From NCBI GenBank assembly GCA_016937155.1, contig JAFGWM010000032.1:107422-171421 (forward strand): DNA of 64,000 nt, written 5' to 3'. Below the pieces are notes generated by a model. That model was not told the origin of the DNA, did no database searches, and saw nothing but the letters and a program-made list of their open reading frames with translations. The stretch comes from Deltaproteobacteria bacterium. GTDB taxonomy: Bacteria > Myxococcota_A > Polyangia > HGW-17. A program made the translations under genes and the position numbers. Shown here one piece after another: positions 9,643 through 19,734 of this stretch (the stretch's first letter is position 1; the number at the start of each line of letters is the position of its first letter).

Positions 9643-10821
9643 ATGAAGAACCATGAATTTATTTCCCCCCTAAAATTGAAACCAACGGTTAAGACAGCAC
9701 TTGAAGAAAAGCTTGTGTATGCAGGAAAAGGTGTAAAATCTGTTGAAATTATTCCGGAAGAAAATTCCCGACCGCTTATCAGATTCAGTTGCGATGAATT
9801 TTCTGATGAAGAATCAATTCAGATTGAAATGGAAAAAATGATCAGAGGTTTTTCAAGGGGTTTTCTCGAGGTGGAAAAGGAAATTCTTTTCGATCAAAGA
9901 GAAAGACAGGTTCCGGGCAAAACTGATGTTTATGATGAAATGATCAGCAGGGGATGGGTTCATGAATATGAGACCGGCAGAGTTTCTCTTGATGACAAAG
10001 CAGCAGATCTGTATAACTTTTTCGATGCTGAGTTTGTCAAAATAGCCGATGGCTATGGAGCCAGACCCATTCAGTTTCCAACGCTGATAAGTATGGAAAC
10101 TCTTCGTAAAGCTGATTATTTTGCGAGTTTTCCTCATCACATAACACTGGCTACACATCTTATTGAGGATGCCGAAAAAATTACTGAATTCAGTAAAAGA
10201 TATTCTGATGAAGGTGATATGGATTTATCTGAAGTTACTGAGAAAACAGAGCATGTCTGTTCTCCGGCAGTGTGTTTTCATCTGTATCAGGCACTTGAAG
10301 GAGAAAAACTTGATGGTGTCGTCAGAAGAACAGCCATCGGACCATGTTTCAGGTATGAAAGCTCCAATATGAAAACTCTGGAAAGGTTGTGGGATTTTCA
10401 TATGAGAGAGATAATTTTTGTTGGTCCCTCATCAGAAGTGGATGAGCTTAGAAAGACTGCTATGAAACCTGTGATGGAACTGGTGGACAGGATCGGAATG
10501 AAATCTCATATTGAAACTGCCAGTGATCCGTTTTTTGTAAATAATTACAGTGGACAGACTTTTTATCAACTGAGCCATAAAACAAAATATGAACTGAGGT
10601 TGCACCTTCCGTTCAGAGAAGATCACTCTCTGGCAGCAGCTTCATTTAACTGGCATCAGACCTTTTTTGGAAACAGATTTTCCATAAGTGCCGGTGGAGA
10701 AGAAAGCGGAACCGCATGTGTAGCTTTTGGTGTTGAAAGATGGGTTTATGCATTTCTGGTTCAATTTGGAATGGATCCCGCCTATTGGCCTCAGTATGTC
10801 TTGGATAATATTCCGCGGTAA
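9643..10821 (+). CDS. SerRS-family class II aminoacyl-tRNA-synthetase-like catalytic domain without the N-terminal tRNA-binding coiled-coil arm. This is an amino-acid--carrier-protein-ligase-like paralog with a roughly 110-aa non-coiled-coil N-terminal domain.
   Basis: Class II motif-2-like ..RRTAIGPCFRYESSNMKTLERLWDFHMREIIFVG.. and motif-3-like ..GTACVAFGVERWVYAFLVQFG.. Candidate Cys/Glu/Cys zinc ligands (VCSPAVCF, PCFRYE, TACVAF), as in methanogen-type SerRS and aa:CP ligases. GGAAG RBS upstream. Confidence 0.55.
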   Translation: MKNHEFISPLKLKPTVKTALEEKLVYAGKGVKSVEIIPEENSRPLIRFSCDEFSDEESIQIEMEKMIRGFSRGFLEVEKEILFDQRERQVPGKTDVYDEMISRGWVHEYETGRVSLDDKAADLYNFFDAEFVKIADGYGARPIQFPTLISMETLRKADYFASFPHHITLATHLIEDAEKITEFSKRYSDEGDMDLSEVTEKTEHVCSPAVCFHLYQALEGEKLDGVVRRTAIGPCFRYESSNMKTLERLWDFHMREIIFVGPSSEVDELRKTAMKPVMELVDRIGMKSHIETASDPFFVNNYSGQTFYQLSHKTKYELRLHLPFREDHSLAAASFNWHQTFFGNRFSISAGGEESGTACVAFGVERWVYAFLVQFGMDPAYWPQYVLDNIPR

Positions 10822-10860
10822 AAAAATCTGTAAATAATAACAAAATAGAGAAATACGGGG

Positions 10861-11040
10861 TCAGTTATCCTCCTTCCAGATTTTAACCGTTGCATCAATT
10901 TTATCCTTGAAGTTCAATCCCTTTGTCACCATGTTCATAACGGTGGGATGACTTATTAACTTCATTACCCTTGGATCATTTACAACTCTTAAAGCTGCTG
11001 TTAAAAACTTTGATTTTACTTGTGAAAAATCCATATCCAT
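10861..11040 (-). CDS. Small hypothetical protein (59 aa), just under the 60-aa ORF-track cutoff.
   Basis: Reverse-strand ORF ATG..TGA translating MDMDFSQVKSKFLTAALRVVNDPRVMKLISHPTVMNMVTKGLNFKDKIDATVKIWKEDN. AGGAG sits 6 nt upstream of the ATG. It occupies an otherwise empty 400-bp gap. Confidence 0.4.
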   Translation of the reverse strand: MDMDFSQVKSKFLTAALRVVNDPRVMKLISHPTVMNMVTKGLNFKDKIDATVKIWKEDN

Positions 11041-11225
11041 ATCAGATCTCCTGCCACTTTATGGAAATTTTTTCCAAAATTCAGTTCAGATTCAGTAAAA
11101 TTAAGAATGGAAAACCTGTTAGTTTACAGGTGGTGTCCATAAATAAGGGATAATGTACCCATGTTTTTTTCTTAAATCCACCAAAATGATTACTTTTATG
11201 GAATAACATTGAGTAGACATCAGTT

Positions 11226-11870
11226 ATGGGTATTATCAGTTGGTTTTGTGCGTTATCAACTGTTCAGATTTATTTTCACCGGGGAGGTGATGTTTTGTTT
11301 GGCTGGAATAAAAAAGACAAATCAAGAGAGTTTGAGGAGTTGGCTATACCTGTTATGGACAGTCTTTATGGTACTGCTCTGAAGCTTACAAGAGATTCTG
11401 ATTCTGCTCAGGATCTTGTTCAGGATGCTTATCTGAAAGCTTTTAAATATTTTGATACCTTTGAAACAGGAACAAACTTTAAAGCATGGATGTTCCGAAT
11501 AATGACCCGGGTTTTTTATGATGCCTATAGAGAGAAAAAAAGGCGTGATTCCATGTATTTTCCTATAGATGAGGAAAGGCCTGTACGAGGATATGAGGAG
11601 GATGAAACTTCAGGAGAACGGAAAGTTTTTCTTGGAGAACTGGAAAAAATTATTGATGAACTTCCCCCTGATTTTAAACTTCCGGTGATATTGAGTGACA
11701 TTCATGAGTTCAGTTATCAGGAAATCGCGGATATCATAGGATGTCCGGTGGGTACAGTTATGAGCAGACTTTATAGAGGCAGAAAAAGACTGCGAGAGAT
11801 CCTTACAGAATCTGCTGGTGAAATAAATTCTGATATGGGTAAAGTTATTTCCCTTGGGAGCGTAAAATGA
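11226..11870 (+). CDS. ECF (sigma-70 family group IV) RNA polymerase sigma factor. A TTG at 11295 preceded by GGAGG is an alternative start.
   Basis: Region 2 ..AQDLVQDAYLKAFKYFDTFETGTNFKAWMFRIMTRVFYDAYR.. and region 4 ..FSYQEIADIIGCPVGTVMSRLYRGRKRLRE.. The ATGA at 11867-11870 overlaps the downstream anti-sigma gene by 4 bp. Confidence 0.85.
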   Translation: MGIISWFCALSTVQIYFHRGGDVLFGWNKKDKSREFEELAIPVMDSLYGTALKLTRDSDSAQDLVQDAYLKAFKYFDTFETGTNFKAWMFRIMTRVFYDAYREKKRRDSMYFPIDEERPVRGYEEDETSGERKVFLGELEKIIDELPPDFKLPVILSDIHEFSYQEIADIIGCPVGTVMSRLYRGRKRLREILTESAGEINSDMGKVISLGSVK

Positions 11871-12766
11871 ATTGCAGAGAAGCTGAAAAATTGATTGGTC
11901 TTTATCTGGATAATGAGTTTTCAGATGCTGACAGAATTGAAATTGATGAGCATATTTCCAGTTGTTCCAGATGCAAGTCTATTATGGAAGAGGAAACTCA
12001 GTTAAAACAGGCAATTTCTTCAATAAAACTGGAACGGGCTCCAGCAGCACTCAGATCCAGAATTCTTAGATCTCTGGAAGGCCAGAAAAGAAAAATCTGG
12101 GCTTTTACAGGTTTAAAACTAGCCGCATCTCTTGGGGTGGTTGTGTTTTCAATCATTGGGGTTTATTCACTTATCAAACCATCCATATCCAGAGATGAGA
12201 AGATATGTACCTCAACTAAAAATGATTCATTTGTTCTCGCTCAGGCATCTATGGAGAATGATACTATCCGAAGTAACAAGTTTTCCCCCAAATACAGGAA
12301 ATTAAGAAAAAGGGTTATTAATCCGAGACTTATGGAAAATCTTGTTGTCGAACACGTAAGACCTGGTCCGGTTGAAAAAAGAAGTGAGGATCCTGATCAA
12401 CTGGCAGAATGGTATCGTGGAAAAACAGGTCTTTATACTCCTCCTCCGAAATTTGCATCATGGGGAGGTGGCATGGTGGGAGGAAGACTCAGTCAGTTTG
12501 CGGGAAATGATGCCATAAAGTTGATTTATTCAATTCATGGAAGAAGAGTCACTCTTTTTATGTTCAACCCCAGAATGATGCCTGGCATTACAGAGATTAA
12601 ATCGCCTGGTATTATTACCAAACTCGATCTTGATGAAATACTTACTGAAACTCCTGGTGGAAGAACAGTTGCTGTCTTTTCTCATAATGGCACCGGATAT
12701 TCCCTTATTTCTGATCAGGAAAAAGATGTGATAGTTTCCCTCATAAAGTCCATTGCTTCCAAATAG
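11867..12766 (+). CDS. Zinc-binding (ZAS-type) transmembrane anti-sigma factor (299 aa).
   Basis: N-terminal H-x3-C-x2-C motif (IDEHISSCSRCKS) 25-35 aa from the start, one TM helix (IWAFTGLKLAASLGVVVFSIIGVYSLI) and an extracytoplasmic C-terminal domain. Translationally coupled to the ECF sigma gene. Confidence 0.7.
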   Translation: MNCREAEKLIGLYLDNEFSDADRIEIDEHISSCSRCKSIMEEETQLKQAISSIKLERAPAALRSRILRSLEGQKRKIWAFTGLKLAASLGVVVFSIIGVYSLIKPSISRDEKICTSTKNDSFVLAQASMENDTIRSNKFSPKYRKLRKRVINPRLMENLVVEHVRPGPVEKRSEDPDQLAEWYRGKTGLYTPPPKFASWGGGMVGGRLSQFAGNDAIKLIYSIHGRRVTLFMFNPRMMPGITEIKSPGIITKLDLDEILTETPGGRTVAVFSHNGTGYSLISDQEKDVIVSLIKSIASK

Positions 12767-12948
12767 GCATTTCTGCCGCTTTCAAAGGTTATTCCCTCCA
12801 GAAGTTATTTTCTTTTTCTGTTCACTACTTTTTAGGACTCTGATGTTTTTTAAGTTTACTGATTGTCTGGCACAATAGGATTATACTGTTACGCAAAGGA
12901 TTGCTCTAAAAAAGTTAAAAGTTTTAATTAAAAATTAAGTTTTCAGCC

Positions 12949-12976
12949 TTGACGCACAAAAGACTGTGATTAGTTT
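12949..12976 (+). promoter_or_regulatory. Candidate promoter upstream of dnaK (TTGACG-16-TAGTTT). No CIRCE element seen.
   Basis: TTGACG at 12949-12954 and a TAnnnT-like hexamer at 12971-12976, about 55 bp upstream of the dnaK ATG. A weak call in an AT-rich region. Confidence 0.25.
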
Positions 12977-13029
12977 CTCTGTTGTAAATGATTCGGATAT
13001 GCCTTGAGGGCAGTCCTTTGGAGGAAACT

Positions 13030-14910
13030 ATGGGAAAAATTATCGGAATAGATCTTGGAACAACAAACAGTTGTGTATCAATTATGGATGGCAGAGAACC
13101 AAAAGTTATCCCTAATGAAGAAGGTGGCAGAACAACACCCAGTGTTGTTGCTTTTGATGACAAGGGTGAGGTTCTTGTTGGTCAGATCGCCAAGAGACAG
13201 GCAATTACAAATCCGGAAAATACAGTCTACTCAATAAAGAGATTTATGGGTATGCGTTTCAATGAAATACAGAGGGAACTTCCTAAAGTTCCATATGAAG
13301 TTAAAAGTGCATCAAATGGAGATGTCCGGATTTCAATAAGAGATAAGGAATTTGCTCCACCGGAGATAAGTGCACGTATTCTGATGAAATTGAAAAAAGC
13401 TGCTGAAGAATATCTTGGTGAATCCGTAAATGAAGCTGTTATTACAGTTCCGGCATATTTCAACGATTCCCAGAGACAGGCCACAAAGGATGCTGGTAGA
13501 ATAGCAGGGCTTGATGTTAAAAGAATAGTGAATGAGCCTACTGCTGCTGCACTGGCTTATGGTCTGGATAAAGGCAAGGATCAGGTTGTGGCAGTATATG
13601 ATTTCGGTGGTGGTACTTTTGATATCAGTATTCTCGAAATCGGAGAAAATGTTGTTGAAGTAATTTCCACAAATGGAGATACCCACCTTGGTGGTGATGA
13701 TATAGACAGACTGGTTATGGAATGGCTTTTGGATGAATTCAAAAAGGATACCGGTCTTGATGTTTCCAAGGACAAAATGGTGATGCAGCGTCTGAAGGAT
13801 GCTGCCGAAAAAGCAAAAATAGAACTTTCAGGAACACAGGAAACTGAAATTAATCTTCCCTTCCTTACAATGGATGCAACCGGTCCTAAACATCTTCAGA
13901 TTAAACTTAGACGTTCCACCTTTGAACAGCTCATAGGTGATACTGTTGCAAGAACCATTGAACCATGTAAAAAAGCATTGAGTGATGCTAAAAAGAGCAA
14001 AACTCAGATTGATGAGGTTATTCTTGTTGGTGGTTCCACCAGAATACCTCTGGTTCAGGCAAAAGTTAAAGAATATTTTGAAAAAGAACCTCATAGAGGT
14101 GTTAATCCCGATGAAGTTGTAGCGATGGGTGCAGCTGTTCAAGCCGGAGTTTTAAGTGGTGAGGTGAAGGATATTCTTCTTCTTGATGTTACTCCCCTCA
14201 GTTTGGGTATCGAAACACTGGGTGGGGTAATGACAGTTCTTATCCCTCGAAATACAACGATTCCTGCAAAGAAGAGTGAGGTTTTTTCAACTGCCAGTGA
14301 TTCCCAGACAAGTGTGGAAGTTCACGTAATGCAGGGTGAAAGACCCATGGCAAAGGATAACAGAACTCTGGGAAAATTTAACCTTGATGGAATTCCTCCA
14401 GCACCAAGAGGTGTTCCCCAGATTGAAGTTACTTTTGACATAGATGCAAATGGTATTCTGAATGTCAGTGCTATGGATAAGGCCACAAACAGAAAGCAGC
14501 ACATCACAATAACCGCTTCCAGTGGATTGAGTGATGCTGAAATTGAAAACATGGTTAAGGATGCTGAGGCAAATGCATCTGAAGATGAAAAACGTCGTGA
14601 ACTGATTGATAAGCGCAATAAACTGGAAAATCTTATTTTTAGTCTTGAAAAACTTATCAAGGAAAGTGGCGACAAGATTCCTGAGGCAGAGAAGGCTAAC
14701 GTTGAAACTGAAATGAAAAATGCTAGAGAGGTAATGGATAGTGATGATATCCAGAAACTTGATGAAGCATTTGAAAAACTTAACACTGCTGCTCAGAACA
14801 TGTCAAAAACTATGTATGAAAATGTACCTGGAGCAGATCCTTCTGCCTCTTCAGGTTCTTCCAATCCTCCCAAGGATGATGTTATTGATGCTGAGTTTGA
14901 AGAAGAATAG
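13030..14910 (+). CDS. dnaK: Molecular chaperone DnaK (Hsp70). Start corrected to the internal ATG at 13030.
   Basis: [17 protein letters not shown].., [12 protein letters not shown].., [14 protein letters not shown].., and a C-terminal ..[16 protein letters not shown] sits 8 nt upstream of 13030. The track ORF begins 14 codons earlier without an RBS. Confidence 0.95.
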   Translation: MGKIIGIDLGTTNSCVSIMDGREPKVIPNEEGGRTTPSVVAFDDKGEVLVGQIAKRQAITNPENTVYSIKRFMGMRFNEIQRELPKVPYEVKSASNGDVRISIRDKEFAPPEISARILMKLKKAAEEYLGESVNEAVITVPAYFNDSQRQATKDAGRIAGLDVKRIVNEPTAAALAYGLDKGKDQVVAVYDFGGGTFDISILEIGENVVEVISTNGDTHLGGDDIDRLVMEWLLDEFKKDTGLDVSKDKMVMQRLKDAAEKAKIELSGTQETEINLPFLTMDATGPKHLQIKLRRSTFEQLIGDTVARTIEPCKKALSDAKKSKTQIDEVILVGGSTRIPLVQAKVKEYFEKEPHRGVNPDEVVAMGAAVQAGVLSGEVKDILLLDVTPLSLGIETLGGVMTVLIPRNTTIPAKKSEVFSTASDSQTSVEVHVMQGERPMAKDNRTLGKFNLDGIPPAPRGVPQIEVTFDIDANGILNVSAMDKATNRKQHITITASSGLSDAEIENMVKDAEANASEDEKRRELIDKRNKLENLIFSLEKLIKESGDKIPEAEKANVETEMKNAREVMDSDDIQKLDEAFEKLNTAAQNMSKTMYENVPGADPSASSGSSNPPKDDVIDAEFEEE

Positions 14911-15042
14911 AACCAGCCACTTCAACTACCCTCTTTTTTCCTGATATTAAAAAAAATAAGAAAAATAATTCACTTCCTTTGTAAAAATCGATTTTTCGGG
15001 TAAGAATCATAGAACTGTGATTTATCAACCTGGAGGTAACTG

Positions 15043-17454
15043 ATGTCTGTAAGAATAACACCACTGATTTTGACTTTGTTACTGATTTTCAACGGGTGTG
15101 ATGATAGTTCTTCATCAAACAACTCGTTCAATAACAGCAATAATGGAACCAATAATATTGCGATAAATAACCATACAAATCCTCACTGTACTGAGGTTAC
15201 AAATACGCAGTGTAATCCCCTGCTGGATGATGATGGTGACTCAATATCCAATGGTCATGAAGGCTGTGAGTGTTCTCTTGATACAGATAATGATGGAGTT
15301 GCAGATTACCTTGATCAGGATAGTGACAATGATGGAGTTCCTGATGTTATTGAATCTGGTGATGGTGATATCAATACCGATCCTGTGGATACAGATGGTG
15401 ATGGAACACCGGATTATCTTGATCGCGACAGTGATAATGATGGAGTAATTGATGGTGAGGAAGATCGTAACGGTGACGGTAAACTGGGGGAATGTGAAGA
15501 TAACCCTCTGGTTTGCAGTGGAACCTGTGCAGATCCGGAATCTGTATGTCATGAGGAAAAAGGAATTTGCATCAATGCACAATGCCTTCAAGGTGAGACA
15601 GATCCTCATATTCAGGATACAGATGCTGATGGTATTCTGGATGGAATGGAAAGTACGTTTATCTGTAATACTGGCAGTGAAACAACAGGTGGACGCAAGT
15701 TGGTATCTTATAAAAAACATTCTTTGAACCTCTTCCAGATTGCAACAGAACTTGATAGTACCTTTACTGAAATGAATCCTTCAAATGCCGCCGGGATAGA
15801 AGGTGCTGCCGGTTTTGATCTCACTGATGCAGAAAATGCTTTTGCCGGTTTTGTTGTTTCCAGAGAACCTTCAGACAGTAATATTTATCTGGAAGTTCAG
15901 GATATAATTACAGCTCTTGGAACACTGGGTACAGTCCGTTCTATTGCTACTGGAAATGTGAATTACAGTCATACAGGTCTTGAGCAGGTGGTAAATGTTA
16001 TTGTCAGTCTTGAAATAAGTCCTGCTTCCAATCAGGGTATTCTTCGAAACAGGATAATAGCACTGCTTTTAGGAAGAGATCTTTCTGAATTTCCAAATAC
16101 AATAAATAGCCCCTTTGGAACCGACAGTACCAATAACATTATTTCATTCATGGTTCAGCGTACAAATTCAAGCCAGAGTGTTGTCATGGGTGGTGTTGCA
16201 TCCAGGTCAGACTGGGAGTCCAGAGACAATGTCAATTTCCATCTTGCTGACAGTGCTGGGGGAATGTGTCTAGCCTCTTCTTCTGATACTGTTGAAAATG
16301 AATGTGAACAGTATCTGGCGGAAGAAGCAACTGTTGATATTGTTTGGGTTATTGATGCCAGTGGTTCGATGAGTGATAATCAGTCAAAGCTTTCTTCAGC
16401 TTCCAATACATTTCTTACAGTTGCTTCACAGTATAATCTCCACTGGAGAATGTGTGTTGTTGATATGACTGAGGGAAATCCAGGAGACTGCTGCACTGGA
16501 ACTAATGAAACTGGAAACAGATGGCTTAGTAGTGGTGTGTCAGGTGATGATGAAAGATTCAGAGAGTGTCTGATGGATCCGGCTGGGTCAAACAGCAGCG
16601 ACGGTGGAATTGAAATGGGACTCTCGCAAATGCAGGATGCTGTGCAGAGTCACATGCCTCCAACACAGGATAGTGATGTTTATTACAGACCATCGGCTGC
16701 AAGAACAGTGGTTTTCATGTCCGATGAAAATGCAAATGAAGTTGATCAGCATGATATGTGTCCCGATACTCCGGGAGCTTCTGATTGCCACTATTTCTCC
16801 GGTTGTTTTGAAAGTGACATGATGGGTTGTATGAATGTTCTTACTGATACTGCAACTATGCTCCAGTGTCAGGGTTATTCCGATATGTGGAATCACAGTG
16901 AATGTGATGAAGTATACTACTGCATGGGTGCCACAAATGATGAAGCATGGGATCCTGTTGTATGTGATCCTCTTGTAAATCCTTATATACAGTTTGCTCA
17001 GGATAATGAACTTATAGCTTATGGTCTTCATGTTCTGCAGACTGATGACAATGATGCATGCAGCGATAATCCCGAAGATTCCAGTGGCTTTTCACCGCCA
17101 TATGGTTATCAGCAGGTTATTAATGCCACAGGAGGAATTCTGTCTTCACTTTGTCAGAATGATCTTACAACTACTATGCAGCTTATGATTGAAGATATGG
17201 CTGGAGCAGCAAGTCCTATTATTCTTCAGCACAGACCTATTCCTATTTCTTTGGCTGTGGCAATAGAAAGAAAGAATGCTGCTGATCCTCTTGATACCAG
17301 TTATGATGCTATTCCACGTTCGAGATCAAATGGTTTTGACTATAAGGCTTCTTCAAACAGGATAGTTCTGGTTTCACAACCGATGGATTATCCTCCATAT
17401 GAAGTGGTGGTAAGCTATACAAGATGGGTTACCTCCTACGCTCCACCAGACTAG
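15043..17454 (+). CDS. Secreted lipoprotein (803 aa) with thrombospondin-type-3-like Ca-binding Asp repeats, a Cys-rich region and a von Willebrand factor A domain.
   Basis: Signal peptide plus lipobox (LLLIFNGC). Repeated DxDxDGxxDxxD units ([25 protein letters not shown]...[26 protein letters not shown]). A MIDAS-like [17 protein letters not shown]. Many Cys residues. Confidence 0.7.
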   Translation: MSVRITPLILTLLLIFNGCDDSSSSNNSFNNSNNGTNNIAINNHTNPHCTEVTNTQCNPLLDDDGDSISNGHEGCECSLDTDNDGVADYLDQDSDNDGVPDVIESGDGDINTDPVDTDGDGTPDYLDRDSDNDGVIDGEEDRNGDGKLGECEDNPLVCSGTCADPESVCHEEKGICINAQCLQGETDPHIQDTDADGILDGMESTFICNTGSETTGGRKLVSYKKHSLNLFQIATELDSTFTEMNPSNAAGIEGAAGFDLTDAENAFAGFVVSREPSDSNIYLEVQDIITALGTLGTVRSIATGNVNYSHTGLEQVVNVIVSLEISPASNQGILRNRIIALLLGRDLSEFPNTINSPFGTDSTNNIISFMVQRTNSSQSVVMGGVASRSDWESRDNVNFHLADSAGGMCLASSSDTVENECEQYLAEEATVDIVWVIDASGSMSDNQSKLSSASNTFLTVASQYNLHWRMCVVDMTEGNPGDCCTGTNETGNRWLSSGVSGDDERFRECLMDPAGSNSSDGGIEMGLSQMQDAVQSHMPPTQDSDVYYRPSAARTVVFMSDENANEVDQHDMCPDTPGASDCHYFSGCFESDMMGCMNVLTDTATMLQCQGYSDMWNHSECDEVYYCMGATNDEAWDPVVCDPLVNPYIQFAQDNELIAYGLHVLQTDDNDACSDNPEDSSGFSPPYGYQQVINATGGILSSLCQNDLTTTMQLMIEDMAGAASPIILQHRPIPISLAVAIERKNAADPLDTSYDAIPRSRSNGFDYKASSNRIVLVSQPMDYPPYEVVVSYTRWVTSYAPPD

Positions 17455-17522
17455 AATCAGAGTTTTTTTCTGCCCCTTTTTTTCCCCATTATTGAAATCA
17501 ATAAAAATAATTAATCTTACAG

Positions 17523-17699
17523 CTATTTTTCAGGAGAAGGATCTGTTTCCACAGCTGGAGCTTTTTCAGGCCAGAATACCTGTATTGTTATGCTTATGAA
17601 AATCCAGAAAGCAAAAGCAGCACTGAGCCCATAAATTATATATTTCACAAGCTTCCTGTAAAATGAAAAATCCTCTTGAGTATTCAGTTCTTCAGCCAT
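17523..17699 (-). CDS. Possible small membrane protein (58 aa).
   Basis: Reverse-strand ORF MAEELNTQEDFSFYRKLVKYIIYGLSAAFAFWIFISITIQVFWPEKAPAVETDPSPEK with one hydrophobic helix. Only a weak AGGGAA-like RBS. In the gap between a convergent gene pair. Confidence 0.25.
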   Translation of the reverse strand: MAEELNTQEDFSFYRKLVKYIIYGLSAAFAFWIFISITIQVFWPEKAPAVETDPSPEK

Positions 17700-17804
17700 A
17701 ATTCATGTTCCCTGAACGTGGTTAAAACTCTGAAAACATATCCTACACTGCTTTTTTTTCAATATAAACTGAAACAGAAATAAAAAATTGAAGAAAATAT
17801 CAGT

Positions 17805-19727
17805 ATGAGTGGAATTTTATCCTATCTAATTCTTGCGGCAATCGGGGGTTTTTATTTCAGTATCTGCTACATCAGTGCACTGTTTTTACTTCCGGCATTT
17901 ATATTTATAAAAAGACACTCTGGTAAACTACTTGTAATCCTGGGATTTTTAGTGGGATTTTCATTTTTTCATCTGTGGTGGTGGCACCTTGAAGTATTTG
18001 AACAATCAAATGCTGTAATTCTCCGTTGCAGTAAGGATAAAAATAAACTTACTGCAATCACCAGAACAGGTATCAAAACTTTTAAGGCTGACTTTTGTAT
18101 TTCATCTATGATGAAAGTAAATCTGAGTAATTCCGTTGATTATAAAAACGTATATCATCATAAATCCAGAGTTCATCCTGTGAAATCCATGTATACGGGT
18201 CAACGACCATTTCTGAGAACTGAACTGATGTTCCGTAGACTTGGGCTTTCTCATGTTTTCGCTGTAAGTGGTTTACATGTGGGTGTTCTCAGTGCACTTG
18301 CGATGCTTGTATCAGGACTGATTTTTAATATTTTAAATAAAATTAAAAGATTTCAGAAAAAAACTATAACAGTTGTTACTGTTCTACCCCTGATTTGGAT
18401 ATATGTATTTTACACCGGAAAGGCATGGGGAAGTATTCGTGCCGGGATAATGAGTAGCCTTTTTATTATCTTTAAAAAATCATTAGGATATGGAACAATC
18501 GGAGAGTTTTATTTTGTTGCACTTGGGACGGTATTTTTTATTTCTCCGTGGTCATTGATGCTTCCAGGGGTTCAACTGAGTTTTGCAGCAGTTGGTATTA
18601 TTATCCTTGTTATGGGTGTCAGTGGTGATAACAAAATGAAATATTTACTTGTCTGCTCAGGAGCCAGTATTACAAGTACACTTATTGTATTCGTTCATTT
18701 CAACACTGTTTCACCAATGTCTCTTTGGGTAAATATTGTATTTTTACCTGTTTTCACAGCAGTGTTTATTCCAGTTTCCATTGTTCTTGCACCATTTTCA
18801 TACTGGCTTCCTCTTCCCATGGAATTACTGAAAGCTTTTTATAATCAGTTTGAAAAAATACCTAACTGGATATTATGGAAAACAGAAAATATATCAATGG
18901 ATTATGGTTTTTTGCTATGGTTGTTTTCAGTGGTTTCTGTATCAATATCTTCATGTTTTAGAGGTGTGATAAGAATCAGGTTACTGGTAATTTCATTTCT
19001 TGCTTTTGTGGTGATAGCAATAAACTTGTCAAATGGGAAAAATGAAGAGACGCTTATTACTTTTTATGCGTCAAACCATGGAGAATCAATACTTTTAAAA
19101 AGAGGAAACATCAGTCTTTTGATTGATCCCGGAAATAAAAAAGCCGGTTATGATCTCATGCAAAAAGGAGTAACTACTCTTGATGCAGTATTTATAACCC
19201 ATTATCACAGTGATCATTATCGTGATTTTCTATGGTATTGCCAAAATTTTTATATAAAGAATGTTTTTGATAACGGTGAACTGGATGACAGGGAAAATAT
19301 ACGAAAAGAATGTCCTTCGGTTAATTTCAGGCATGGAAATGGTTTTCTGAAATTTGGCAGAATCTCTATAGAGGCGTTTTCTCCGGTTTCTAAAAATTCC
19401 TATAGTAGCTCACTGTTTTCAACAAACAATTCTTCTATGGTTTTATTGATTAGAGTAACAGACAAAACAATTCTTCTAATGGGTGACATAAAAATTGAAG
19501 GTGAAGGTGAGTTCTTAAAAATTTACCCGGAATTAAAGGTTGACCTTCTGAAATCAGGTCATCACGGAAGAAAAAGTTCACTGGGCAGGGTATTCAGAAA
19601 TAGAGTAAAATGGAAAACTAGGGTGATACTGAACAATCCCGATAAACCTCAGGGAATACAGCAGGAAAAGACTAAAGAAGGAATGGATATATTTATAAAA
19701 AGAGACAAATTATTGTTTAGAATGTGA
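17805..19727 (+). CDS. comEC: DNA internalization-related competence protein ComEC/Rec2 (membrane competence domain plus a C-terminal metallo-beta-lactamase domain).
   Basis: ..HVFAVSGLHVGVLSA.. competence motif, multiple TM helices, and a C-terminal HxHxDH motif (ITHYHSDHYRDF) followed by ..GDIKIEGEGEFL..SGHHG.. Confidence 0.75.
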   Translation: MSGILSYLILAAIGGFYFSICYISALFLLPAFIFIKRHSGKLLVILGFLVGFSFFHLWWWHLEVFEQSNAVILRCSKDKNKLTAITRTGIKTFKADFCISSMMKVNLSNSVDYKNVYHHKSRVHPVKSMYTGQRPFLRTELMFRRLGLSHVFAVSGLHVGVLSALAMLVSGLIFNILNKIKRFQKKTITVVTVLPLIWIYVFYTGKAWGSIRAGIMSSLFIIFKKSLGYGTIGEFYFVALGTVFFISPWSLMLPGVQLSFAAVGIIILVMGVSGDNKMKYLLVCSGASITSTLIVFVHFNTVSPMSLWVNIVFLPVFTAVFIPVSIVLAPFSYWLPLPMELLKAFYNQFEKIPNWILWKTENISMDYGFLLWLFSVVSVSISSCFRGVIRIRLLVISFLAFVVIAINLSNGKNEETLITFYASNHGESILLKRGNISLLIDPGNKKAGYDLMQKGVTTLDAVFITHYHSDHYRDFLWYCQNFYIKNVFDNGELDDRENIRKECPSVNFRHGNGFLKFGRISIEAFSPVSKNSYSSSLFSTNNSSMVLLIRVTDKTILLMGDIKIEGEGEFLKIYPELKVDLLKSGHHGRKSSLGRVFRNRVKWKTRVILNNPDKPQGIQQEKTKEGMDIFIKRDKLLFRM

Positions 19728-19734
19728 GGCAAAT

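Noticed and set aside
9853-10158. 101-aa minus-strand ORF inside the SerRS-like gene
   Set aside because: It is fully embedded antisense in a CDS with class II aaRS motifs and has no RBS.
13055-14786. Multiple ORFs on both strands within dnaK (for example 13333-13686 minus and 14322-14786 minus)
   Set aside because: dnaK is unambiguous, and these are antisense or off-frame artefacts.
15227-15727. Met/Ile-rich ORFs overlapping the TSP3-repeat region (15227-15448 plus, 15241-15720 minus, 15449-15727 plus)
   Set aside because: They are alternative frames of the GAT/GAC-rich Asp-repeat DNA. The in-frame lipoprotein has a signal peptide and coherent domain structure.
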